Assembly: GCA_002269645.1 (NCBI GenBank)
Contig: NIVC01002933.1
Coordinates: forward strand, 62,001-126,000
DNA length: 64,000 bases
Direction: 5' to 3'
DNA from: Macrostomum lignano
Lineage: Eukaryota
The notes beneath the pieces are model-generated. The model did not search any database. It saw nothing but the letters and a program-made list of their open reading frames with translations, and was not told the DNA's origin. Shown one piece after another: positions 37,344 to 48,789 of the stretch (positions are counted from its first letter, which is position 1; every line of letters begins with the position of its first letter). A program made the position numbers and the translations under genes.

Positions 37344-37713
37344 AAGGAAAACTATTTTTAGTCCTGAAAACTGAATGCCCTGCCGAGTTGCCGCCTCGCG
37401 AGTTTACAGAACCGCAGAAAATGATAGAATCGTGCTGGAAATACATCAAGCACGATCAATTTTAGAGTAGCCATTAGAAGTTTTCAGTAAAATTGCAGAC
37501 TTGATCTACTATAAATACCCAAAAAGCTATTAATACCAAAATTTGTGCCTCAAAATTCCTATTTCTGCTTCATATAAAACTATGGAACGATTTTATTGCA
37601 GGTAATTTAAATATTCCGTCTTCGATCCCTCCCTGTCTGGGCACCACGCTCATAAAAAAGATTTGCATGCCACTTTTAAATTGCAGTCTGACTCTTAGGA
37701 CGTTTGGACAACA

Positions 37714-38924
37714 ATGTCGGAGCTGCCTTCGAGTGTGTCGGCTGCGAGGCCGGTCTCCGCTCTGCCGGCTCACCTGCAGTGCAGCAGCTGCTCCAAGCCG
37801 CTCTTCAACGCCCGACAGACTCCGCACGGGTGCCGCCTGTGCCAGGCCTGCGTCACCGGCCTGCTGCACGAGGTGGAGAAGCGGCCCTGTCCCGGACACA
37901 CCGAGGCCTGCAAAGACCACCACTCGGAGGAGGACGTCGGCGGCGATGTCGAGGTCGAGGTGAGCCGGGCTACCTGCTTTCCCGACATGGCGACGAGACG
38001 CGAGGTCGCCAAGCTGCGAGTCCGCTGTCCGAACTGCGACGCCGGCTGCTCTGTCCAACTCGAATGGGCTCGCATGGACCAGCATGTGCAACAGAGCTGC
38101 GACTGGCACTCACTCCGCTGTGAGCAGTGCAAAGAGCTCATCCTGAAGAAGGACATGCAGCGACACACCAGCAGCGAGTGTCGCCACAGGAAGGAGACCT
38201 GCGACCTGTGCTCTCAGCTGGTCACACACAGCGAGATGGAGACCAGTCACAGGAATCTGCAGTCCGATGTGTGCTGTCCGAGATTCTCAGCTCGCTGTCC
38301 TCACTGCTCGGAGCGGAGCACACCAATGGACAAACGGGGATATGTTGCTCACCTGTCGGAGTGTCCCGAGAGACCGGTAGAGTGCAAGTACTCTCACCTG
38401 GGCTGCAGGGCGATGGTGCGGAGGTCCGATCTGGAGAGGCACTACAGGGAAAGCGTGGACTCTCACCTTGAGCTCATGGACTCGAAACTCAAGCAGGCAG
38501 CGATAGCTCAGCAGAGTCCTTGTAAGAACTGATGTCAAAATCAGTAATATAATCACGCAGAAGATGCTGTTCTGTGGTTTAATTTTTTTTCCTATTTTTA
38601 GCAGCCGCCGTGCCGCAGTCTTATGTAGGTTCCGCAGCTCCCGCCGCCGACGGTCGCGATGTGGCCGACGTGAAGCGGCGAGTCGGCAGCGTCTTCGAGC
38701 AGTTTAAGAAGCTGCAGGTCAACGTGGCGAACTGGGCTCACAGCACCATGGAGCTCGAGCAGCTGGCTGACAGGTTCGGAGGCGTCTCGCAGCTGCGGAC
38801 TCTGCTGAGCGGACTGGACGAGCGGACGAGGAGCGTCGAGCAGCTGCAGCAGCAGGTGCAGCAACTCCAGCAGCAGGTGCAGCAACTCCAGCAGCAGGTT
38901 CAGCAGGCGCAGAGCAGTCAATAG
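37714..38924 (+). CDS. TRAF-like copy 7: RING + ZF + coiled coil. Exons 37714-38521 and 38602-38924, 376 aa
   Basis: T|GTAAGA donor, TTTTTAG acceptor; in-frame deletion after the RING (EACKDHH instead of EACTLRDHH). Confidence 0.9.
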
Positions 38925-40817
38925 TTTTGACTGATGAACTGAATTCACATTGGAAGCTGATGTATGAGATTTCGGCAGCGTGATGCACTCGAGTGTTGAT
39001 GCAATCCATGTCTCTTGGATCCTTTGACTTACAAAATTCTGCTTTTGCGGTTAAGGAGACCTTCTATTGGAACTTTTTTGATGCCAGCTGAAGCCGAAGG
39101 TGCTGCAGTCTGGCGGAGCCGACTTGATGCTGTAGTAAGGCTCACAGCGATTTTTTTCGGCAAGGAAGATCCAACCTTCCGTATTAGCTGATTATCCCAC
39201 CACAGAGGCTGCCTCACCTGACAGAAGATCTATCCTATACCCATCATTTTTCTCATTGTATAAAACCATTGGACTTGATTTTGTACATCTTATCCAATGA
39301 AATTTTGGAAAATTGCGACATTGCGACTTGTTATTGCATTAGTTCGTGGGTCTGCGGGGGACTCTGAAAGAAATCAAGGCCCATCGGACCCTCAGAAAGC
39401 GAGGACGCGTGCCAGATCCTCTACCAGGTCCTCTGCTCGAATCTTTAACTTACAATTTATTCAGGAATTAAGCTTTCTGCTTCACTGCGTTTTCGTTATG
39501 TGTGCTTTGTGGGCGGCCGTAGGCCGCGTACAAAGTGTGTTAGGGGTGGCGGGGTGGCGTGTGCGTTGGGGGGGTTGTCGCGGGGCGGCTAGCTTTTAAC
39601 CCCCAGCTTGTGCTCTGCTCGCGGTGTCGCACACCTGCTCGACACTCGTCGAACAGCCAGGGGTTGCTCCCCTGCTCGCTGCTTTGTGCCCACGTTCTGC
39701 GTTCGGTCTTCGTCACTCGCCTAACCCCTAAGTACTTCTTAAATTCTTCAAATAGCTTAAAATTCTTTAGTGACCATGCATGGTCTCTATGCATGACTCT
39801 GCAGCAGTCCGACCGCTTGGTAATTTTGTTTTTCATGCGCCCCCTGCTGCGGCTACGCGTTGGCTGGTGGTTAATTGTTTTCAATAGTCAACCTCCTTGG
39901 TATTTCGCATACTATAATCTCTAAGGCAAAAGTGCATTTTTGCATGGTTTGGAATGTGTCAAACAACTAAACCTAATATGGAAGTCGCGGTGTTACAGCA
40001 CCTGTTATCAGAGTTTCATCAGAAATAAATCAAAACCAAATACGACGTAGGCAAGTCTCTTGACTGCACGGATTGCCCCCGTGGCATGCGCGTACAATTT
40101 GCTTATTCATGTATACGAGCCAGCTCTATTTAAGAAAAGCGACCTTTGGATCGGGGCGTCTTCCGCCCGGTGCTAAATTTTTGGAGATCGAGGTGAGTGA
40201 CGCATCTCTTGCAACTCTTGCAAAACTATTTAATAGTTTATTTTCTGTGCTAAATCCACGAATGTAGACGAAGAAAAGATTGGTCAGATCACAAAAAGTT
40301 TTTTAAATACTACTCTGAGGTGAGAGTGAGAATTTTCACGAGAATTAATAGACATTACAGACTTGTCTCGACTTTCGTGCTTATCTTATTCTTCTGTTCT
40401 CACCTCTCTGTTTACTGTGCTCTCTCTCTGCTTAGTTCAATCTGATTCTTCTTATTATCGTCTCTTTCTTTTTCTCACTTCTGACAGTCTCTTCCCACTC
40501 ACTAGTTTATTTAGTCGATCTTTATTTTCATCGAAGTCAAAAAAGCTCAAGACTTGTTTTTGCCCTCACGTCTTTTTCTACAAATGCACACACTGGTAGT
40601 GTAGCGGATTGCTGGTGCAGTGCTCGTGGCTCACTCACAGAGATTTGCTCGTATTGTTCAAACTGTCAGAGTCAGTGCACCAGATCGAGCATTTTATATA
40701 TGGTCATCACGTCTGCTGCAAACCATGTTAGATACAAGACAGGGAGTAGTACCCTGCAGTAGTACACCGGAACTGAATTAATTGTGACTGGTTTCCGCTC
40801 TCCTACTCACCCAGGAC

Positions 40818-41585
40818 ATGGTGCTCACCCTCCCAGTCCCGCCGGCCGTGCGCTGGACGGTACAGCTCGGCCCCGTAACTGACGCATCAGACGCGAATTC
40901 GAAGGCGCTTGCCTACATGGCGGCGAACCCGGGCCTGCGGTGGCTGGGCTCCTGGAAGGCCATCCGGGACGGCAGGCTGACCGAGATTGAGGTCTCGTCT
41001 GAGGGGAGCATCGTGGTGTCCGTTGGAAGCACATCCGACAGTCGGGATGCGAAAAGCAAGACTGAGCTCTTTCTCAGAAAGAAGCCGTACCTAAAGTGGA
41101 TCGGAGACTGCACAGCCGCTGGTTGGCACGAGAACTTCGAGATCCTGGTGGAGCCGTACCTGCCCAGCCAGTGGCCTATGCAGGGGGGCACCGAGGGCTC
41201 GTGCCTGCCCGTGCAGATGCAGCTCAAGATAAAGAACGCGACGCCAGAGGCCGTTACTCGAGTTGTCGCGTGGGTCCTGGATGAAGAAGAGTGGGGCGCC
41301 AGGTCGCCGTGCCACCAGCTGACGGGATGCAGAATCGCAGCCGGCCAGAGTCTGCAGAGGCAGCTGGACCTCAACTTCTGGCACTGGTTAGCCCAGTTCG
41401 GCCTGCGGCTAAAATTCCAGACTGGCCGGTGGCTTGAGTGCGAAGTCAACGGCAGAATTGCCATAGACTGCGCCGCGGAAAAGAGCTGGAGCTGTAGGTC
41501 GGACCGCCCGGGTCTGTCCGCCTGCCCCCTGCCGCATCCGGACTCGCAGCTGCTGGAGCTGCTGGCAGTGCCAGAGCGCGTCTGA
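40818..41585 (+). CDS. Intronless MVL-like tandem lectin + beta-rich domain (paralogue 2), 255 aa
   Basis: VQLGPVTDASDA...NPGLRWLGSW...TEIEV. Aligns end to end with 35114-35869 (e.g. PYLKW, CLPV, LDxNFW, RxAID), roughly 40% identity by eye. Confidence 0.75.
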   Translation: MVLTLPVPPAVRWTVQLGPVTDASDANSKALAYMAANPGLRWLGSWKAIRDGRLTEIEVSSEGSIVVSVGSTSDSRDAKSKTELFLRKKPYLKWIGDCTAAGWHENFEILVEPYLPSQWPMQGGTEGSCLPVQMQLKIKNATPEAVTRVVAWVLDEEEWGARSPCHQLTGCRIAAGQSLQRQLDLNFWHWLAQFGLRLKFQTGRWLECEVNGRIAIDCAAEKSWSCRSDRPGLSACPLPHPDSQLLELLAVPERV

Positions 41586-42191
41586 ATGAACTCGGAACTC
41601 AGTGTCTGTGGCGTATTACTCAGATGTAAAATCTGCTCTCAGCAGTATTAGTAATCTCATTGCTCAATAGTATAGAAAATAGATTTTATACAGACACCCG
41701 AAGAGGGACCACTTTTGACGAAAATGTCAAAACCTTCCAGGGGTCATGAGCAAACGCATATACTTTATCGAGGTTGTGTTAAATATTTAACATACGAGTA
41801 TTTGCCCAACTATACTGCTTCGTTGACTTTTTCGCGCTTTTTATGAACAAATGATTATACTACTGTACTCCATTCCATCCACTCTACAGAGTTACATTAT
41901 AAAATTTGCTAAAAAGCTCAGCTGGTTCGGATTTTCACTAGAAAAAAGGAATTCAGAAAATTACTTTGAAATATCAAGTACGACTAAGCTTAATACGTCA
42001 GGGAGTCGACGCTACAGGCAGCTACAGGCACATCAACAAAGCGGCACCCGATCGCTACGCCGCCACATCATCTGCGCCCAGTCGCACTGCCTGCAGCCGG
42101 TACAAGAGCTGCTGCTGCTGACACTGCAGGTACCCTACCGGCGAGGGAAGGCGTTTTTCGACTGCCTGCTGGATGACGCCGGCGTCCCAGA

Positions 42192-43573
42192 TGTAACAGG
42201 TAGGATTTTGTGTCCATCCTGCCTGCACCTTCTGCTCACGTCGGATAACAAAGAATTGAACTCGAAGCACGGTTTTTCTGGGCCCAGGCTGCTGCGGCCT
42301 ACAGCCCAGCCGAGGCAATGGCCATGCCTTTAGGCCCGCAGATGCGGGCGAGAGCAAAGTGAAGCGAGCGCCTCCACTGTCTCTCCTTTTATTTAAAACA
42401 CTGCAGAACAGGCGCGTGGGAACGTAAACTCTTAAAGGCTACACAGAACAAAATGCAAATTTCGCAGCAAGTTTTTGGTGCAGACGTCCTTCGCAAATAT
42501 GACTGCATTTTATGCAGCTCATATCCCTCCGTGGTTCAAAAAAACTTCGACACCTCGAAGTATTGTTGAAAGTTGAACCGTACTTGAAAATATCAGCCAT
42601 GAGTATAGTAATGTTGGACTCCTCCAGCCGGGTCGCTACCATTCTTCAGTTCGCGCTGCTCTAAGGGGGTCAACCTTGAAGTCCGCCACCTCGGAAACGG
42701 GCATGCAGTCCTCGTGAGCTATCCTAAGTAGCTTCACCGGCATGTCTATGGCATGCACAGATCGTGCTCCGGTCTTCCTGCCGGATGCACCGCAGATTTC
42801 CCTCACCGTCTTCTTGCTGTGGGGAGACGACTCTTGGCCTTTGGGCCGAAAAACTGCTCCGCTTTTGAGACGCATCGCCTCTCAGGGCAGGAAAATTGAT
42901 CTGCATGCCGGTCGCCGAGACAGTGACGCCGGGGCTGACTCTCTTCTTGTCGATCCATCCGAACGGCTGTTGAACACGCGTCAGTTGGGGCGGCGGCTGC
43001 ACCGTGGTGGCAGTTAAACTGAACCACCGTTGCGACTTAATGCAGTCAAGCACGCCAACGACGCAAGATGTCCTCTGGTCGCCGGATCTCGATTTGCTGA
43101 TGTTGTGCTGTCCTTCAACCGGCTTCTATTCAACCCTCTGTTATCCTTCGTGACAGGAACTTCGTCTAGCAGACTGTATTCAAGCGCGTTTCAAATTTCA
43201 ACCATACTTCGAGGTGTCGAAGTTTTTTCAACCACGGAGGGATATGAGCTGCATAGAATGCAGTCATATTTGCGAAGGACGGCTGCACCTAAAACTTGCC
43301 GCGTAATTCGCATTTTGTTCTATGTAGCCTATAAGAGTTTACGTTCCCACGCGCATGTTCTGCAGTGTTTTAAATAAAAGGAGAGACAGTGGAGGCGCTC
43401 GCTTCACTTTTCTCTCGCCCGCATCTGCGGGCCTAAAGGCATGGCCATTGCCTCGGCTGGGCTGTAGGCCGCAGCAGCCTGGGCCCAGAAAAACCGTGCT
43501 TCGAGTTCAATTCTTTGTTATCCGACGTGAGCAGAAGGTGCAGGCAGGATGGACACAAAATCCTACCTGTTAC
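42192..43573. mobile_element. Ginger-like TIR DNA transposon derivative, 1382 bp, ~385-bp TIRs
   Basis: Termini TGTAACAGG...CCTGTTACA and 5-bp TSD CCAGA (42187-42191, 43574-43578). The internal minus-strand stretch GNLRCIRQEDRSTICACHRHAGEAT weakly resembles the integrase N-terminal His motif. Confidence 0.75.
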
Positions 43574-44523
43574 ACCAGACTCACGTTTGCTCAGAGACGC
43601 ATCTTGTGACGCTGCTTTATTAAGACCGGAAAGCTTATTCTGTTTGCTGTTGTTGTGAACGCAACCTGAGCATAGTTATAAAATGGAAAACTTTAAATGC
43701 ACTGAAATTCTCGACAAAGACAGTCCGCAAAAATCAGTTTCAGCAAAAATGAGGAGTTTGGGACAGACTTTACGGCTGTCTTTGATTCTATTTTCGGCTA
43801 ATTTTACATACGCAATTCAGTAGAAGTGTTGGATTCCAAATCACTAATTTAGGTACCACATAACTACGTCATTAGGCATCAGCTACTTACTCATTGAAGG
43901 CGATCAGGTATAAAACACGCACTAAACTAATGCGGTAGTACTGCTCGCATCACAAGTGGTCGTCTGCATGCGTCATGCCCAAGATATACTGTAGAGAAAA
44001 GCAACTAAAACGGAAACCAAATAGGACTGAACGCACAAGGTACAACTCAGTCTATTCAAGTGTGCGGTGAGCTACTAAGAAATCTTTCCCACCCCAGAAG
44101 GAAGAGTGTACAAAGCATTGTACACGGTACAACTAATTAATTTGGCAACCAGTGGTGAAAGCAAATGGCGGCAATCCTGGGTAAGCAAGCAAGTACCAAG
44201 GACAACTTAAGTAGTATATATATATATATATAACGTATATATATAACGTAACTTCAGTTGTCCTTGGCAAGTACATTGTTATCTTTCCCTCTATTTTTGT
44301 TCACTGCCGTCATTCCGATCTACGCTCTTCTTTGCTTTCATTGCACGATTGTGCATTAAGGCAAAATAGAGAATACGTACCGGATGCACCTTGCAAAATG
44401 AAGGCAAAGTCTCACTCTATTTCACTCACCCCACAACTAAAATTCTGTATATATTTAGATTGACGGGTCCATGCTAACAATTCAATTATCAAGTTAACAA
44501 ACTTCTCTGCTTCCAGTTCAGCC

Positions 44524-45787
44524 ATGTCCGAGCTGCCTTCAAGTGTGTCGGCAGCGAGGCCGGTCTCTGATCTGCCGGCTCACCTGCAGTGCAGCAGCTG
44601 CTCCAAGCCGCTCTTCAACGCCCGACAGACTCCGCACGGGTGTCGCCTGTGCCAGGCCTGCGTCACCGGCCTGCTGCACGAGGTGGAGAAGCGGCCCTGT
44701 CCCGGACACACCGAGACCTGCACACTCAGAGACCACCACTCGGAGGAGGACGGCGGCGGCGGCGGCAGCAGCGGCGAGGTCGAGATCGAGGTGAGCCGGG
44801 CTACCTGCTTTCCCGACATGGCGACAAGACGCGAGGTCGCCAAGCTGCGAGTCCGCTGTCCGAACTGCGACGCCGGCTGCTCTGTCCAACTCGAATGGGC
44901 TCGCATGGACCAGCATGTGCAACAGAGCTGCGACTGGCACTCACTCCGCTGTGAGCAGTGCAAAGAGCTCATCCTGAAGAAGGACATGCAGCGACACACC
45001 AGCAGCGAGTGTCGCCACAGGAAGGAGACCTGCGACCTGTGCTCTCAGCTAGTCACACACAGCGAGATGAAGACCAGTCACAGGAATCTGCAGTCCAATG
45101 TGTGCTGTCCATTGTTCTTAGCCTACTGCCCTCACTGTAGCTACAGAAGCAGGAAGATGGACAGGCGGGGATATGTTGCTCACCTGTCGGAGTGTCCCGA
45201 GAGACCGGTAGAGTGCAAGTACTCTCACCTGGGCTGCAGGGCGATGGTGCGCAGGTCCGATCTGGAGAGGCACTACAGGGAGAGCATGGACTCTCACCTT
45301 GAGCTCATGGACTCGAAACTGAAGCAGGCAGCGATGGCTCAGCAGAGGCCTCGTAAGACAAATTTTAATCAGTGAAATAATCATGCAGGCGAAGCTGCCA
45401 GCATCAGATGCTTTCATTCTTGATAAAAAAATTTTCTCTTTTACAGCAGCTGCGGTCCCGCCGTCCTCCGCCAGTGCCGCAGCGTCCACCGATGCTCATG
45501 AAGTCGTCAACGTGAAGCGGCGAGTCGGCAGCGTCTTCGAGCAGTTCAAGAAGCTGCAGGTCAACGTGGCGAACTGGGCTCACAGCACTATGGAGCTCGA
45601 GCAGCTCGCTGACAGGTTCGGAGGCGTCTCGCAGCTGCGGACTCTGCTGAGCGGACTGGACGAGCGGACGAGGAGCGTCGAGCAGCTGCAGCAACAGGTG
45701 CAGCAGCTCCAGCAGCAGGTGCAGCAGCTCCAGCAGCAGGTGCAGCAGCTCCAGCAGCAGGTGCAACAGCTGCAGGAAAGGATTTGA
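44524..45787 (+). CDS. TRAF-like copy 8: RING + ZF + longer coiled coil. Exons 44524-45352 and 45447-45787, 389 aa
   Basis: C|GTAAGA donor, TTACAG acceptor; divergent patch PLFLAYCPHCSYRSRK. Confidence 0.9.
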
Positions 45788-46322
45788 TGCTATCATTGGT
45801 TCTCCTCGGATGTTCATGAACCAATGGTGCAGCTGCACACAACTTCGAATTTTATTCGTAACCTGATAGATTAAATCAATAATCAATGATCGATGCCTTT
45901 TAAGCACTAGCAACTTAGCATCTTAATGGAACTTGCATGTTGTTTTGCAATGGTATTTCAAGCATAAAAGTGACAACCGAAAAAATTGCTTATTAAAAAT
46001 CTGTAATGCTTAATACCTTGTTGTTTGTGGTGCAGATAGCCTTTGTTAATGATACGCTGGTATGCTAAAATATACAAAAAATGGCTCATTGTCGTCTCTG
46101 GCAGCACTGGATTAGGGCAATATACTCGTGGTACCTGAGCACTGCAAGGCTCCAATCATTACCAAAAAATGATACGCCTCAAAGTACGGAACAGTGGAGG
46201 TTAGTCTAAGGAATTCGAAAACAAAATTGGTCATAGTGGTTCAACTGCCTGAGGTTTTATAAATGAGGTTTATTTACTATTCGAGATGCTGGATAAGCTA
46301 GTCAATATCTTTAACAAGGCCA

Positions 46323-48017
46323 TCACGCCACAGTTTTTGACACTTGCGTCACAGTAAGCGGTAGCGAACCTACGGAGGAGCAAGTCGCCTTCCGCCGAGA
46401 GCTTGCCAGCCTGTACAGCAGGTCGACCAGCTCGGCGATGATCGCGATGGACAGCCCGCACCAGATGCCGCAGATGCTGCCCACCTGGCACAGGAAGACA
46501 GCCGGAGTGGTGATTGGAGTCTGGCGAAAGCTCTGCAGCATGAAGGGGTTTCTGCTTACCTCGGCCATGAAGGCCCGTGGTCGAGAGACGTTGGAGCAAA
46601 GCTTCTCTGCTGAACTCTTCGAGCTGGCGTTGGTCAGCAGGGCGGCTTCGACATCCGAGATCCCGGCGCCCTGGTAGTTGACCTCGTAGATGGCCTGCTC
46701 CATCACGCAGCGCTGGAGATCATTCATGGGGACGTAGCTGGCACCCGAGACCGTGGCCGGGAACCAGAACTCTCGGCAGGAGCTCTCGCAGTTTTCATCG
46801 TAGACCTGAGACGAGCTCAGGACGTCGTCAACGCAGAAGTCCCTTTTGGAGAAAGCTTCAACTGAGTCGTCTGGTGTGAAAGCGTTGCATCGCATCGTGC
46901 GGTCCGTCAGGTTCAACAGGCCGATGTCGAGAGTACAGTTGCATCGCCGATGCACTTCTTTGCGAATCGCCTGCACTATGCACATCTCTTTGGTGTACTT
47001 AAAGTGCCGGTGCCGCACCGTTCCGTTGTCTACGCGGTACTCTGTCGACCATCCAGACAGGCTGTTGCACTTCAGCCTTTGCAGCCTACTCTGAGTGAAC
47101 TTCACCTGGTTGTAGTAGTTGCTTGGCAGTAGCAGTCTGTTGTGGGTAAAGGGCACCTCTAACTCGCTGTGCAGGTCGAAAACAAAGCCATTGGTGGAAG
47201 TGAGACCGTCGATGGGGAATCCAGTTGAAAAATGATTGTCAGTTGACGAGTTGGTGGCGTTTGCTGCGTCCGGAGCGGTCGGAATCACCAGAACAATTGA
47301 CTGGGTGAGCTTGGACAATGCGGCTGGCAAAGTCACTGTGTAGCAGCTGAGGTAGTCTGGATGGTGGAATGGCACGAGAGTGTAATCGCTGGGCACCAGC
47401 CAGATCACTCTTCCTGTCACCTGCAGCATGCGAATGATGGGCGCCCCGATGCTTGCTCTCAGACTGGAGACTTCGTGCAAGCTTCTATTGGCCCGCGACA
47501 GGGTTCCCAGCACAGTGGCTATGTAGTTTCTGAAGCTCTCGATGAGAAGCAGGAAGCCTCTGTCAGCGCTTGGATGCCTCAGATAGAACTTCTGCACGCG
47601 ATCGCGAACGTGGCTAGAAAATTCGGCCGGAGTGAGGACTCGGCCGGCCGACAGGTAACTGAGTGCGCTTTGACTCAAGCGCGTCCCGTCGCAGTAGGAC
47701 ACGCTGGGGAATGGCTGGTTCGCGCTGGAAGCGAAGTGCAGATCAACAAGCAGGTCGCCCTTGACAAAGTTCAGAGTCAGCAACGTCAGGTGGCAGGTCA
47801 TGCCCGCAAAGCAGGCCAGCACAAAGCAGGTCCAGAACGCGCGCAGCAGGGCGCTGTCTGAATGAACCGTCCGACGCAGCGATCGAATGGACGATTCGGC
47901 AGCGAACTGGGTCAGGTACGAGGATATCGGTGAGGCGTGCTGCATTGAGGAGCGTTCGGTTGCACTTGCGGAGCCAAGCCTTTTTCTGTTAGGCAATCTA
48001 CCCTGTCTTGAATCCAT
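46323..48017 (-). CDS. DEG/ENaC (amiloride-sensitive sodium channel family) subunit, single exon, 564 aa
   Basis: TM1 RAFWTCFVLACF, FPSVSYC, Cys-rich thumb (YTKEMC..CNC..C..CESSC), TM2 FLCQVGSICGIWCGLS with GxS filter. Confidence 0.9.
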   Translation of the reverse strand: MDSRQGRLPNRKRLGSASATERSSMQHASPISSYLTQFAAESSIRSLRRTVHSDSALLRAFWTCFVLACFAGMTCHLTLLTLNFVKGDLLVDLHFASSANQPFPSVSYCDGTRLSQSALSYLSAGRVLTPAEFSSHVRDRVQKFYLRHPSADRGFLLLIESFRNYIATVLGTLSRANRSLHEVSSLRASIGAPIIRMLQVTGRVIWLVPSDYTLVPFHHPDYLSCYTVTLPAALSKLTQSIVLVIPTAPDAANATNSSTDNHFSTGFPIDGLTSTNGFVFDLHSELEVPFTHNRLLLPSNYYNQVKFTQSRLQRLKCNSLSGWSTEYRVDNGTVRHRHFKYTKEMCIVQAIRKEVHRRCNCTLDIGLLNLTDRTMRCNAFTPDDSVEAFSKRDFCVDDVLSSSQVYDENCESSCREFWFPATVSGASYVPMNDLQRCVMEQAIYEVNYQGAGISDVEAALLTNASSKSSAEKLCSNVSRPRAFMAEVSRNPFMLQSFRQTPITTPAVFLCQVGSICGIWCGLSIAIIAELVDLLYRLASSRRKATCSSVGSLPLTVTQVSKTVA

Positions 48018-48789
48018 TTTCGTAGTCAGGTTGATGTTTGCATTCCCAGTGCCGCATCAGCTCAGGTTGATCAGCTGGATGGAAACTGTAGACAGTGAGA
48101 GATGATTGAGGCAGCTTTCATCGGTTGGTTGCGGAGGTCCGTAGTGTCTTTTAGCTGATCAGCAAATTGGGAGCGATCTGGCAAACAAGTGCTGAAACCC
48201 AGGCCATTAATTCCATGAGTTTAATTCCCACTCCCCGAACTGCGGCTGGGCAAACACGAGACGCAAACCCGTGAACTGCAAACAGAGCGCTGCTCCTGCT
48301 CAGTTTGCAGTTCCTGTTGGTTCGCGCACCAAGTTCTGGTGCAGTACTGCGTCATGCTCGTATTTGCTAATACTGCGCTCTTGCAAACTCCTACCTGACA
48401 GAATCCCTTTGCAGTCGCTTGTCTTGCGGCTGTGGCCAGTTCTGTCAATGAGTTGCGTAGGAGGCGGTCCTGACCTGTAAGAGCGGTGTCATTGATTGCA
48501 AGTTTGGACCAAAATCACAGAAAAACACTCGCACCACCCAGCGGCTGCACCCATCTTGATGCAATTGGCGATTCGAAGGCATAAAAGAAGCATTAAAGCC
48601 CTTCCCGTTAGTGTGAAAGTCAAAATTGTAATAGTAATAATTGTAATTGTAATAGACGAAATTACAATTACAATGCATATCTCAAAACTACACAGTGCAA
48701 TGTTTTTGGTAAACTTACGAACGTATTATTCACACCAATAAAAGCAGCTGATTCACACCATAGATTCGAGTCGAGCCAGCCTCAATCCT

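Noticed and set aside
39480-39900. GC-rich stretch with minus-strand ...NPWLFDECRAGVRH..., possibly a retroelement C-terminal relic
   Set aside because: No complete CCHC or RT motif recognisable.
41990-42191. GC-rich segment reading ...RRGKAFFDCLLDDAGVPD, interrupted by the Ginger-like element and vaguely CARD/death-fold-like
   Set aside because: Too short, with no clear start or splice structure; the similarity is not convincing by eye.
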